From: an uncultured Eubacteriales bacterium
Lineage (GTDB): Bacteria > Bacillota > Clostridia > Oscillospirales > Acutalibacteraceae
Direction: 5' to 3'
DNA length: 56,598 nt
NCBI GenBank assembly: GCA_964465845.1
Contig: CAYXMF010000002.1
Coordinates: 1 to 56,598 of the forward strand
Part shown: positions 27,374 to 36,383 of the stretch, in pieces
Numbering within the stretch: the stretch's first letter is position 1
Layout: each line of letters begins with the position of its first letter
Program-made: the position numbers and the translations under genes
The notes under the pieces: generated by a model
Database searches by the model: none
Told to the model about the DNA's origin: nothing
What the model saw: the letters and a program-made list of their open reading frames with translations, nothing else

Positions 27374-27934
27374 TTAAAGAGCCTTGATAATCTGTAAAAC
27401 ATTATCAGATGCTCTATCTAAATCATCATTTACTACAAGATAATCGTAATCTTTACTCATATCAATTTCTTTTCGCGCAATTTCAAGACGTTTTTGTATG
27501 TCATCTTCATTTTCAGTACCTCTTGAACGCAATCTGTTTTCAAGCTCGTCCATAGACGGAGGTAAAACAAAAATTCCAACCGAGTCAGGATACATTTTCT
27601 TTATATTTTGTGCGCCCTGAACCTCAATTTTTAAAATTACCGTTTTACCTTCATCAAGCCATTTATCAACCGGAGCCTTTGGTGTTCCATATAAATTTTG
27701 ACCATAACGGGCAAACTCAAGAACTTCTCCGTTCTCAATCATTTTTTCAAAATCTTCAACTGATATAAAGTAGTAATCTTTACCATCAATCTCATTTTCA
27801 CGTATACCCCGAGTAGTCAATGAAATTGATTTTTGAAGTGATGTATCTTTTGCAAGAACTACTTCAAGAACTGTATCTTTTCCAACTCCGGACGGACCTG
27901 AAAAAAGTACAAGCATCCCCTCTTTATTCGCCAT
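27374..27934 (-). CDS. gmk: guanylate kinase
   Basis: GPSGVGKDT P-loop. The start is reset to ATG 27934 (GGAGGA SD) and overlaps the remA end by 11 nt. Confidence 0.93.
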   Translation of the reverse strand: MANKEGMLVLFSGPSGVGKDTVLEVVLAKDTSLQKSISLTTRGIRENEIDGKDYYFISVEDFEKMIENGEVLEFARYGQNLYGTPKAPVDKWLDEGKTVILKIEVQGAQNIKKMYPDSVGIFVLPPSMDELENRLRSRGTENEDDIQKRLEIARKEIDMSKDYDYLVVNDDLDRASDNVLQIIKAL

Positions 27935-28190
27935 AAGCTGAATCCTCCGTATTTTCACTTGCTTCAGTACGACTGAGAATTGTATCAGCCTTTAAATACG
28001 TTGCTACTACATGATCACTGTCCATAATAAGCACCGCATGAGTTTTTCTGCCTTGTGTAGCATCAATAAGCATATGATTTTCTTTTGCCTGAGCAATAAT
28101 TCTTTTTACAGGTGCAGAATCAGTTGAAACAACAGCAATTACTCTGTCAGCATTTACCGCATTACCAAAACCAATATTGATCAATTTCAT
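27924..28190 (-). CDS. remA: RemA/YlzA (DUF370) extracellular-matrix regulator
   Basis: MKLINIGFGNAVNADRVIAVVSTDSAPVKRII..., a highly conserved DUF370 sequence. Confidence 0.9.
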   Translation of the reverse strand: MKLINIGFGNAVNADRVIAVVSTDSAPVKRIIAQAKENHMLIDATQGRKTHAVLIMDSDHVVATYLKADTILSRTEASENTEDSAYGE

Positions 28191-28199
28191 AATGCTACC

Positions 28200-29084
28200 T
28201 CATTCGATATTTTGAATCTGTTCACGGATCTTCTCAATTTCAGCCTTAATGTCAATAACATTACGTGCAATTGTGACATCCTGTGCTTTTGAACCGATTG
28301 TATTTGCTTCTCTGTTCATTTCCTGAACAAGAAAATCAATTTTTCTGCCGATTGCTTCATTACTGTCCATAAACTGTCTTAACTGGTCAATGTGACTACG
28401 CAATCTAACAGTTTCTTCGGCAACAGCAACCTTATCAGCAAAAATTGCGCATTCTGTAAGAATTCTTTGCTCATCAACCTGAACATCAGATAAGAATTCA
28501 TTAATTCTTGCCAATAATTTATCATTATATTCCTTAACAGTTTCAGGTGAACGTTCCTCAATAACAGAAACTTTTTCAAGAATTAAATCAGCACGGCATA
28601 AAACGTCAGCTTTTAATTTTGCACCTTCAGCTTCACGCATAGAAACAAACTTTGCAACAGCTTCTTCTGTAACTGTTTTTACTGCATTCCAGATTTTTTC
28701 TTCGTCTGCTTCCTGCTTATGCACAGAAAAAATATCATTATTTCTTGCAAGTGTTGAGAGGGCTAAATCATCACGAAGATTAAGTTCATTTCTATCTGCA
28801 AGTTCTTTTAATGCATTAAGATACGATGTTGCCAAAGAATGATTTACAAGAATCTCAACATCACCATCTTCAAGGTTTTCAACAGAAACATAGCACTCAA
28901 CCTTGCCGCGAGATACCAATGAACCAATGAAACTTTTTAATTTTTCATCAAGAAAGCCATAATTTCTCGGTACACGAGAACTGAACTCAAAATAACGGTG
29001 ATTGACACTTTTAAGTTCTACAGTAATATTCATTGTGTCAACGGTCATCTGAGCACGTCCGTAACCGGTCATACTTCTAATCAT
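28200..29084 (-). CDS. yloC: YicC/YloC-family endoribonuclease
   Basis: MIRSMTGYGRA N-terminus, C-terminal EMNREANTIGSKA and EQIQNIE. Confidence 0.9.
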   Translation of the reverse strand: MIRSMTGYGRAQMTVDTMNITVELKSVNHRYFEFSSRVPRNYGFLDEKLKSFIGSLVSRGKVECYVSVENLEDGDVEILVNHSLATSYLNALKELADRNELNLRDDLALSTLARNNDIFSVHKQEADEEKIWNAVKTVTEEAVAKFVSMREAEGAKLKADVLCRADLILEKVSVIEERSPETVKEYNDKLLARINEFLSDVQVDEQRILTECAIFADKVAVAEETVRLRSHIDQLRQFMDSNEAIGRKIDFLVQEMNREANTIGSKAQDVTIARNVIDIKAEIEKIREQIQNIE

Positions 29085-29099
29085 TTATTTCACTCCAAA

Positions 29100-29471
29100 T
29101 TATTTACAGCAACTTCCCTTCAAAAGAGTAGGAATATCACCACTGTAAACTCCATTATTATTTTCAAAACCCAAATATACAAGGACTTCACTTATTTCAG
29201 CAATTTTACAGTGTGCCATATAAGCATTTCTATTTGCACAGAAATTCAATGCCGCACGCAAAAATCCTTCAACAAGGAGTTTGTCAGTATAATCACATTC
29301 AAGTGTAAGAATATAGCAGTTATAATCTTTTATGCACATAAGACATTTTCCAACCGGATTTTTTTCTTCATCCAATCCAATATAACCGCCATATATACAA
29401 TCATCAAAATTATAATCGGGAAATTTTGTTTTTAAATTATCTATATCAGTAACGGGTTTGTAAAAAATCAT
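29100..29471 (-). CDS. hypothetical protein (123 aa), Cys-rich, C-terminal GSCCK
   Basis: The ATG overlaps the rluB stop (TAATG). No family recognised. There is a faint GNAT-like C-terminal half (LVEGFLRAALNFCANRNA...YLGF) without the CoA-binding loop. Confidence 0.55.
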   Translation of the reverse strand: MIFYKPVTDIDNLKTKFPDYNFDDCIYGGYIGLDEEKNPVGKCLMCIKDYNCYILTLECDYTDKLLVEGFLRAALNFCANRNAYMAHCKIAEISEVLVYLGFENNNGVYSGDIPTLLKGSCCK

Positions 29472-30217
29472 TATTTTTGACTCTTTCTATCAAGTGATGC
29501 AGCAACAGTAAGCTTATGCACTTCTTCATCAGTAAGATTTCTCCAGTCTCCCTGTTTGAGCATGCCAAGTTTAACAGAACCAATCTGAGTACGCTTAAGT
29601 CTTGCAACTTCAAGTCCCAATGCATCGCACATTTTTCTTATCTGTCTGTTTCTGCCTTCATATATTATTATTTCAAGAACAACTCTTCCCTCTTTTTTCT
29701 CGATCACACGAACTTCAGATGGCATTGTCATTCTGCCGTCGATTTCAATACCTGTTGTGAGCTTGGTTATTTGTTCATCATTAATTGAAGGACGAACCGT
29801 AACTCTATATGTTTTTGGAACGTGTCTTGTTGGATGAGTAAGTGCGTTAGCGAATTCACCATCGTCAGTCAAAAGCAACAAGCCCTCTGAATCACGGTCA
29901 AGTCTACCAACCGGATAAACACGAGTTCCAACATCTTCAACAAGCTGAGCAACACATTTTCTGCCCATTTCATCGCTGAGTGTTGTAATAAAACCACGTG
30001 GTTTATGAAGCATAATATACGTATTTTTCTTACTTCTAACTACCTTTTTACCTGCCACTACAACAGTGTCACGTTTTGGATCAACCTTATCACCTATTGA
30101 AGCAGGTTTTCCGTTTACTTTTACCTTACCTGCAGTAATCAGGTCTTCAGCTTTTCTTCGTGAAGCCACGCCACACTCTGAAAGATATTTTTGAAGTCTG
30201 ATTCGATTATCTGCCAT
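29471..30217 (-). CDS. rluB: pseudouridine synthase, RsuA/RluB family (S4 domain plus catalytic domain)
   Basis: S4 N-terminus (RLQKYLSECGVASRRKAEDLI) and catalytic GRLDRDSEGLLLLT. Confidence 0.9.
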   Translation of the reverse strand: MADNRIRLQKYLSECGVASRRKAEDLITAGKVKVNGKPASIGDKVDPKRDTVVVAGKKVVRSKKNTYIMLHKPRGFITTLSDEMGRKCVAQLVEDVGTRVYPVGRLDRDSEGLLLLTDDGEFANALTHPTRHVPKTYRVTVRPSINDEQITKLTTGIEIDGRMTMPSEVRVIEKKEGRVVLEIIIYEGRNRQIRKMCDALGLEVARLKRTQIGSVKLGMLKQGDWRNLTDEEVHKLTVAASLDRKSQK

Positions 30218-30234
30218 AATTCACCTAAAATCCT

Positions 30235-31320
30235 TTATTTGCTATTCTTAATTTCAACAGTTTCAGATGCACAAATGGGTACCTCGGCAATTATTACTCC
30301 ATTATTGTAAAATTCAACTTTTCCTACAATATCACCCTTATATATTGGAGCGTACTCAAACTGTTTTATATATACTTTACTTTCATAATCAAGGGTATCA
30401 GCTACTGCTGTATATTCAATAACTGAAAAAAGTTCAATATCAACAACATTGTTTTCTCCACCAACAACTTTTAGTTCTATTTCTTTCAAATCCTCAGACA
30501 AATGAAATAAATTTACCTTTTCAAAAGCATAGTCATACATTTTGATATGATCATTCCAGTCATCAGGTGCATTAAGCGTTACGGCAACAAGAGTTTTACC
30601 GTCTTTTTCGACAGCAGAAACCAAGCATCTTCCACTTTTCTTGGTATATCCCGTTTTAATTCCAAATGCACCCTCATACAAATCCAAAAGTTTGTTATGA
30701 TTTGTAAAAACTCGCCTATAAGGCGGATTACCATAATACACAACATCACTTTCATCTTCACAGATACTTCTGAATTCAGGATTTTTAATCGCATAAGCAC
30801 CCAAAACCGCCATATCGAAAGCTGTGGAGTAATGATTTTCACCGTCAAGTCCCGATGGAGTTTCAAAAGAGGTTGAATACATACCAATTTCTTTAGCTTT
30901 CTTGTTCATCATCTCAACAAATGTGGGTATATCTCCGCCGATTATGTGTGCAACCGCATTAGCGGCATCATTACCTGACTCCAAAAGCATACCTTTAACA
31001 AGCGTTTTCAAAGAAATACTGTCACCATCAAGAAGTCCTATTGAACTACCTTCAACAGCAATCATATCATCTGTAACTGTTTGAAGTTCATCAACGGCAC
31101 CGTACTCGAGTGCAATTATTGAAGTCATAATTTTTGTTGTACTTGCCATTGACAAGCACTCATTCATATTTTTTGAATAAACCACTTCACACGTGTCAGC
31201 GCATATTACAACTGCTGCTTTTGCAGAAATTTCTATGGGTTCTTCAGCATAAACGAAAAAACAACAGTTAAACAAGAATACAAAAATAAGAATTGCTGAT
31301 ATTAACTTTTTCATAATCAA
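30235..31320 (-). CDS. dacB: D-alanyl-D-alanine carboxypeptidase (low-MW PBP, S11)
   Basis: Signal peptide, SxxK (MASTTK), SGN (ESGND) and KTG (KTGYT) motifs. The symbol is assigned from the scpB...dacB...rluB synteny with B. subtilis. Confidence 0.8.
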   Translation of the reverse strand: MIMKKLISAILIFVFLFNCCFFVYAEEPIEISAKAAVVICADTCEVVYSKNMNECLSMASTTKIMTSIIALEYGAVDELQTVTDDMIAVEGSSIGLLDGDSISLKTLVKGMLLESGNDAANAVAHIIGGDIPTFVEMMNKKAKEIGMYSTSFETPSGLDGENHYSTAFDMAVLGAYAIKNPEFRSICEDESDVVYYGNPPYRRVFTNHNKLLDLYEGAFGIKTGYTKKSGRCLVSAVEKDGKTLVAVTLNAPDDWNDHIKMYDYAFEKVNLFHLSEDLKEIELKVVGGENNVVDIELFSVIEYTAVADTLDYESKVYIKQFEYAPIYKGDIVGKVEFYNNGVIIAEVPICASETVEIKNSK

Positions 31321-31363
31321 TCACCAAAATATAATATGCCTTTTGGTAACTGATAAGAATTAA

Positions 31364-31813
31364 TTATTCACTAACTGTTGTTTCTTCAACTGGTTCAGAT
31401 TCAACACCAGCAACTGCATTACTGAGAGCCTTATCCATTTTAGCCTTATTAACAACATTTGAAACTTTATCAAACATCTCAGGTACAAGTCCTACAATGC
31501 GTTCTGCAGCATTATCAAATGCTGTAATATGTTTAATATCAACATTGCCGTAAGCATCAATAACGAGAAAAGCGATAGGCATAATTGTAACGCCTGCTCC
31601 ACCGCCGCCACCGAAGATATCTTGGTTTGACTTTGAAGGAAAATCAGAGCCACCTGATGCAAAACCGTAAGTAACTTTTGATACAGGAATAATTGTAACG
31701 CCGCTGTCAACCTTCATTGGCTCGCCAATAATTGTACTGACATTAACGAGGTCTTTAACCTTTTCAATTGTAGTTTCAAGAATTCCTGCTGCTGATGATT
31801 TTTCTTTCATCAT
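31364..31813 (-). CDS. ytfJ: sporulation protein YtfJ (GerW family)
   Basis: VTIIPVSKVTYGFASGGSDF...GGGGGAGVTIMPIAFLV is the characteristic YtfJ core. Confidence 0.85.
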   Translation of the reverse strand: MMKEKSSAAGILETTIEKVKDLVNVSTIIGEPMKVDSGVTIIPVSKVTYGFASGGSDFPSKSNQDIFGGGGGAGVTIMPIAFLVIDAYGNVDIKHITAFDNAAERIVGLVPEMFDKVSNVVNKAKMDKALSNAVAGVESEPVEETTVSE

Positions 31814-32520
31814 AAAGCACCACCTTCATTTATATTTTCATTATTTTTTGATTTATCTTTTATTCCCATAAGGAATTTAAGAGCTACATTAACTAATAAT
31901 CTGAACACAAGAACAATAAGTGCATTGAAAATAAATATTGGTCTTACCGAAACAGAAAATGCAAATTGTGCTGTATTCTTCTGTCCTAAAAAGTCAGGCT
32001 CAATTTCAACATCATATTTTTTTACTGTCAGATTTGAGCAAATGAATGACAATGCGGGAAAAACTTTTTGACAAATACGACCATATTCAAGGGCTGTTTC
32101 AGCCGCATCACAACCACCTGTAACTGTCATCCACAAATACAATTCTCTGAGTACAATATGCTTCTTAAAAGAATGCATAAGTTTGCCTAATGCTTTGCCA
32201 ACATTGTTGATTAACTGAATTACGCCGTCAAATCCTTGGTTATGATAAAATTTAAGAAAAATATTTTCGCCTTTTTCTTCAACAACTTCTTCGGTAGTTT
32301 CAGCTTTGGGTTTTTTTTCTTTCTTTTCTTTAGGTGCTTTTTCTTTTTTCGGCTTATCTTTCTTTTTAGCGGGTAAAATATCAATTTTTATAAATAACCA
32401 TTTTATACTTAGCCTGAATTCTTCGAAAAATTCGCCATTGACTGTTATGCGAATACTTAGAATCAAGACAAAAAATGCAATTATACCGAGAAATATGTAT
32501 AAAGCCGTCAACAAAAACAC
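31810..32520 (-). CDS. DUF2953 membrane protein (YtfI-like)
   Basis: N-terminal TM helix, a K/E-rich linker, and a 4-nt overlap with ytfJ. The ytfI-ytfJ pairing is known from Bacilli. Confidence 0.7.
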   Translation of the reverse strand: MFLLTALYIFLGIIAFFVLILSIRITVNGEFFEEFRLSIKWLFIKIDILPAKKKDKPKKEKAPKEKKEKKPKAETTEEVVEEKGENIFLKFYHNQGFDGVIQLINNVGKALGKLMHSFKKHIVLRELYLWMTVTGGCDAAETALEYGRICQKVFPALSFICSNLTVKKYDVEIEPDFLGQKNTAQFAFSVSVRPIFIFNALIVLVFRLLVNVALKFLMGIKDKSKNNENINEGGAL

Positions 32521-32547
32521 CTCCTTAGAAAAATAATATATATTTTT

Positions 32548-33123
32548 TTACTCTGTATCAGTATTTACTTCAGTATCCTCATCTGAAATATTTTCTTCAG
32601 TTTCACTTTCAGGAATTGCAGGAAGTTCATCGAGAGAAGAAATTGAAAAACAACGAAGGAAATCCGGCGTAGTACCATAAATTAAAGGTCTGCCCGGTAA
32701 ATCAAGTCTGCCTTTTTCTTCAATAAGTTTCTTCTGACAAAGTGTAGAAATTACACCGCTGCAGTCAACACCGCGCACCTGTTCAACAAAAGACTTTGTA
32801 ACAGGTTGGTTATAAGCAATTACTGCAAGTACTTCAAAAGCTGCCTGTGATAACGGAGTATTCTTTCGAAGTTCCAACACATCACGAATTACCTCTGCAT
32901 ACTCAGTTCTTGAAGACAACTGATATTTATCGCCTAACTTAAGCACAGTAATTCCGCTATTACGTTCATCAAGTTTAGCTGAAAGATTATATAAAACCTG
33001 TTCACAAACTTCAGGTTCAATTTCAAGTGCTTGTGCTATTCTTTCAAGTTCAACCGGCTCACCTGAAGCAAATAAAATCGCTTCAACGGCTGCTTGTAAT
33101 TTACTTGCTTTCATTAATTCCAT
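32548..33123 (-). CDS. scpB: segregation and condensation protein B
   Basis: EAILFASGEPV motif. It overlaps scpA by 10 nt. Confidence 0.93.
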   Translation of the reverse strand: MELMKASKLQAAVEAILFASGEPVELERIAQALEIEPEVCEQVLYNLSAKLDERNSGITVLKLGDKYQLSSRTEYAEVIRDVLELRKNTPLSQAAFEVLAVIAYNQPVTKSFVEQVRGVDCSGVISTLCQKKLIEEKGRLDLPGRPLIYGTTPDFLRCFSISSLDELPAIPESETEENISDEDTEVNTDTE

Positions 33124-33851
33124 TCCTCACTAACATCTGAATAATCCGAATCTATAAGTTCCACCTGAGTGTCCTCACCGTCACCAATTACTTTAACTTT
33201 TTTTGATTTTGTAAGTTCAAGTACTGCCAAAAAAGTTGCAACAATGTCAGAACGTGATTCCGCATCAGAAAACAATGTATTAAGACGTGTTTTCTGACCT
33301 TTTCTTGTCAATTTTTTAAATATCGTTGAAATTTTTGAGCCAACAGAAACCACCTTTTTAACGACAATTTCACGAAAAGCCTCAATGGGTGGTGGCAACT
33401 GACGAAGTTTTTTACCGGCAGCAGAAACATATGCGCTGAACAATTCCTGAGGGTCATGAAGACGCTTGTAAGTCTGGTCAGGGTCAATTTTTTCAGGTTG
33501 TCTAATAAAAGTACCAAAACCTTCAGTATTCTCTGAAAGCTTACCTGCAAGCATTTTCATATCACGATATTCAATAAGTTCGCCTTGTAACTCTTGTTTT
33601 AACTCTTCAGCTTCAGTATATACAGGTAACAATGAAACTGATTTTAAATATACCAAACGTGCCGCCATTTCAAGAAATTCGGCAGCAACGTACATATCTT
33701 CCTCTTGCATTTGACGAACATATTCTACATACTGTTCAACTAATGTGACAATCGGAATATCATAAATATTCAGTTTATGCTTTGAAATTAAATGCAAAAG
33801 CAAGTCCATTGGACCTTCAAACACATCTAATTTGTATGAAATCTTTTCCAT
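33114..33851 (-). CDS. scpA: segregation and condensation protein A
   Basis: FEGPMDLLLHLISKHKLNIYDIPI motif. Confidence 0.93.
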   Translation of the reverse strand: MEKISYKLDVFEGPMDLLLHLISKHKLNIYDIPIVTLVEQYVEYVRQMQEEDMYVAAEFLEMAARLVYLKSVSLLPVYTEAEELKQELQGELIEYRDMKMLAGKLSENTEGFGTFIRQPEKIDPDQTYKRLHDPQELFSAYVSAAGKKLRQLPPPIEAFREIVVKKVVSVGSKISTIFKKLTRKGQKTRLNTLFSDAESRSDIVATFLAVLELTKSKKVKVIGDGEDTQVELIDSDYSDVSEEWN

Positions 33852-33861
33852 AAACTATCCT

Positions 33862-34536
33862 TTAAAACAGTCTAAAAGGAAGACTGACAATATAAGCAAA
33901 TAAATTAATAATAAAAGATGAAATTGCTGAAAGCGGACCTGAAAGAACGCCGGTTGCAATCAGTACAAAAACAACAATAACAATATATCTTTCGTACTGC
34001 AAAAATTTATAATAATATTTTGCAGGAATAAGCAACTGTAATATTCTTGAACCGTCTAACGGTGGAATAGGAAGAAGATTGAAAACTGCAAGATTTACAT
34101 TAATAGAACCTGCAAAGAAAAGGAAATAATAAATTGCCTGTGCAATTACGCTCGACGCATAAAACAGATTCAAATAAACCGTAGCAATTGCTATAAATAT
34201 AAATCCCATAATTAAATTTGAAACGGGACCTGCAATAGCAGTCAATGCCATTCCCTTTTTAGGATCTTTAAAATTACGTGGATTCACGCTAACGGGCTTT
34301 GCATAACCAAAACCAAAAAGGAAGATCATAATTGCACCCATAGGTGAAATATGAGCCATAGGATTTAATGTTAATCTACCAGAAAGGCGCGGTGTTTCAT
34401 CACCTAATTTTGTAGCAATTAATGCGTGTGCATATTCATGTATAGGCATAGTACAAAAGACTACAAAAAGACGTGAAAAAAGCTTAATTATCAAATTCAG
34501 CATATCAAAGTCACCGCTAAATAAATCAAACAGCAT
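33862..34536 (-). CDS. site-2 protease family (M50) membrane metalloprotease
   Basis: HEYAHA (HExxH) and NLLPIPPLDGSR motifs, with multiple TM helices. Confidence 0.85.
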   Translation of the reverse strand: MLFDLFSGDFDMLNLIIKLFSRLFVVFCTMPIHEYAHALIATKLGDETPRLSGRLTLNPMAHISPMGAIMIFLFGFGYAKPVSVNPRNFKDPKKGMALTAIAGPVSNLIMGFIFIAIATVYLNLFYASSVIAQAIYYFLFFAGSINVNLAVFNLLPIPPLDGSRILQLLIPAKYYYKFLQYERYIVIVVFVLIATGVLSGPLSAISSFIINLFAYIVSLPFRLF

Positions 34537-34565
34537 AATTTTCCCCTTTCATTTCTAAATAAATA

Positions 34566-35396
34566 TTATATTCCAAATGTTACGATTCTGTCAATATTAT
34601 TAAAATCATAAATTACCTGTTTTTCAGAATATTTTCCATCAAATAAGTTAATGATTTTACTACTTTGTTCCTCACCGCATTCCAGTGCTATAAAGCCATT
34701 TTTATTCACCTTAGAAACCCATTTTTCTGCAATACAACGATAAAAATCAAGCCCGTCAATACCACCACTTAAAGCAGTTACAGGCTCAAAATGAACCTCT
34801 TTTTGCAAATCCGAAATTTCACAGGCAGGAATATATGGTGGGTTTGAAAGAAGAACATTCGCTTTTGGAACATCAGAAAAATCAATTTTAAACAAATCAC
34901 CATGGATAATATGTGCATTTTCAAGATTATATTTTTCCTTATTCAAATTGAGATATTTCAACGCAGCTTCTTCTTTTTCAAGAAGATAAACAGTTGCATC
35001 TTTTCTGTGGTATGCAATCGTAAGACCAATGCATCCGCTACCAGCACACAAATCATAAATAACCGGAGAGTCTGTATTCTTTAATTTTTCAAGAGCAAAA
35101 TCTACAAGCATTTCAGTTTCTGGACGAGGGATCAAGACACCCTCACCCACTCTGAAGGTTAAATCATAAAAATCCCACTTACCAAGAATGTACTGTAACG
35201 GCTCACCATTTTGACGTCTTGAAATTACATTATCAACAATTTCAATATGTTCTTGAGTAACAGTAATGTCATTAACCAATATTTTACCCTTATCTATACC
35301 AAGTAAATCCTCAAATATACAGCTCGTTTCAAACTCAGGCGAATCACTTAAGCTCAGTTGCTTTGAACAATAAGAAAACAATTCTTTAACTGTCAT
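34566..35396 (-). CDS. prmC: release factor glutamine N5-methyltransferase
   Basis: GEPLQYILGKWDF, DLCAGSGCIG and NPPY motifs. Confidence 0.92.
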   Translation of the reverse strand: MTVKELFSYCSKQLSLSDSPEFETSCIFEDLLGIDKGKILVNDITVTQEHIEIVDNVISRRQNGEPLQYILGKWDFYDLTFRVGEGVLIPRPETEMLVDFALEKLKNTDSPVIYDLCAGSGCIGLTIAYHRKDATVYLLEKEEAALKYLNLNKEKYNLENAHIIHGDLFKIDFSDVPKANVLLSNPPYIPACEISDLQKEVHFEPVTALSGGIDGLDFYRCIAEKWVSKVNKNGFIALECGEEQSSKIINLFDGKYSEKQVIYDFNNIDRIVTFGI

Positions 35397-36373
35397 TTTA
35401 TCTTGTCATCCTCAGGATTATCAGTGATAACCGCCTTTATTGATTCAATCGCAACTTCAATTATATCGTCAGTCGGTTCAACAGTTGTAATTCTTTGCAT
35501 AAACAATCCGGGTGCTGACAAAACCTTTACAACAATATTTTCGTGTTTGCCTGCATATTTAATGAACTCATAGCCCAACCCCATTACAAGTGGTAAAATC
35601 GCAACCTTAATAGCAATCCAGAGAATTCTGTTGATTTCTGAAATACCCGGGAAAATAAGTACAAGTGCCGAAGAGAAAAGTACACTGATTATAATCATAA
35701 CGAACATAAAACTTGTACCACAACGTGGGTGAAAGCGTGACATTTTACGCACATTCTCAACAGTCAAATCAAGTCCGTTTTCATAACAGAAAATTGTTTT
35801 ATGTTCAGCACCGTGATACATAAACACACGTTTAATCATTGACATTTTTGATACGATGTACATATACATCACAAAGATAATCATTCTTAAAACGCCTTCA
35901 AGCAAAGGATGAAATCTTTGAATATCAATGTTTTTTAAAATATAATCATCAAATAAGTCCACACCTAAAGTTGGAAGATACATAAATATTACAAATGCAA
36001 GTCCAACTCCAAGAACAGCAGAAATAACGCCAATTACCGCCATCATTTTTTCGCCCATATGGTCGGTAAGCCAACGATCGAGTTTTGACATTTCTTCTTC
36101 TTTTTCTTCCTCAGTCATTGTTTTATCAGCAGATTTCATCAGGTATTTATAGCCTGTCATCATTGATTCGATGAAACCTACAACACCCCTGATTATAGGC
36201 AATCCTAAAAGTTTATTTTTGTTTTTTAACGGCACATAAGGCTCAAGTTCTGTTTCTATTGTTCCGTCAGGTAAACGCACTGACATTGCGTTGCCTTTAG
36301 GACCACGCATCATAATGCCTTCAATCAAAGCTTGTCCGCCTATTGATGTTTTGTGTTTTGTTTTGTTCAACAT
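35393..36373 (-). CDS. DUF1385 (YqhQ-family) membrane protein
   Basis: GGQALIEGIMMRG N-terminus and YHGAEHK motif. It overlaps prmC by 4 nt. Confidence 0.8.
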   Translation of the reverse strand: MLNKTKHKTSIGGQALIEGIMMRGPKGNAMSVRLPDGTIETELEPYVPLKNKNKLLGLPIIRGVVGFIESMMTGYKYLMKSADKTMTEEEKEEEMSKLDRWLTDHMGEKMMAVIGVISAVLGVGLAFVIFMYLPTLGVDLFDDYILKNIDIQRFHPLLEGVLRMIIFVMYMYIVSKMSMIKRVFMYHGAEHKTIFCYENGLDLTVENVRKMSRFHPRCGTSFMFVMIIISVLFSSALVLIFPGISEINRILWIAIKVAILPLVMGLGYEFIKYAGKHENIVVKVLSAPGLFMQRITTVEPTDDIIEVAIESIKAVITDNPEDDKIK

Positions 36374-36383
36374 TTACTACTCC

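Noticed and set aside
28998-29435. A 145-aa plus-strand ORF.
   Set aside because: It is antisense to yloC and to the 123-aa gene, and has no SD. It is a shadow ORF.
32290-32400. A purine-rich, homopolymer-containing tract (including an A8 run on the coding strand), considered as a possible phase-variation or repeat element.
   Set aside because: It simply encodes the K/E/P-rich linker (KKKDKPKKEKAPKEKKEKKPK) of the DUF2953 protein. There is no unit repeat and no evidence of slippage.
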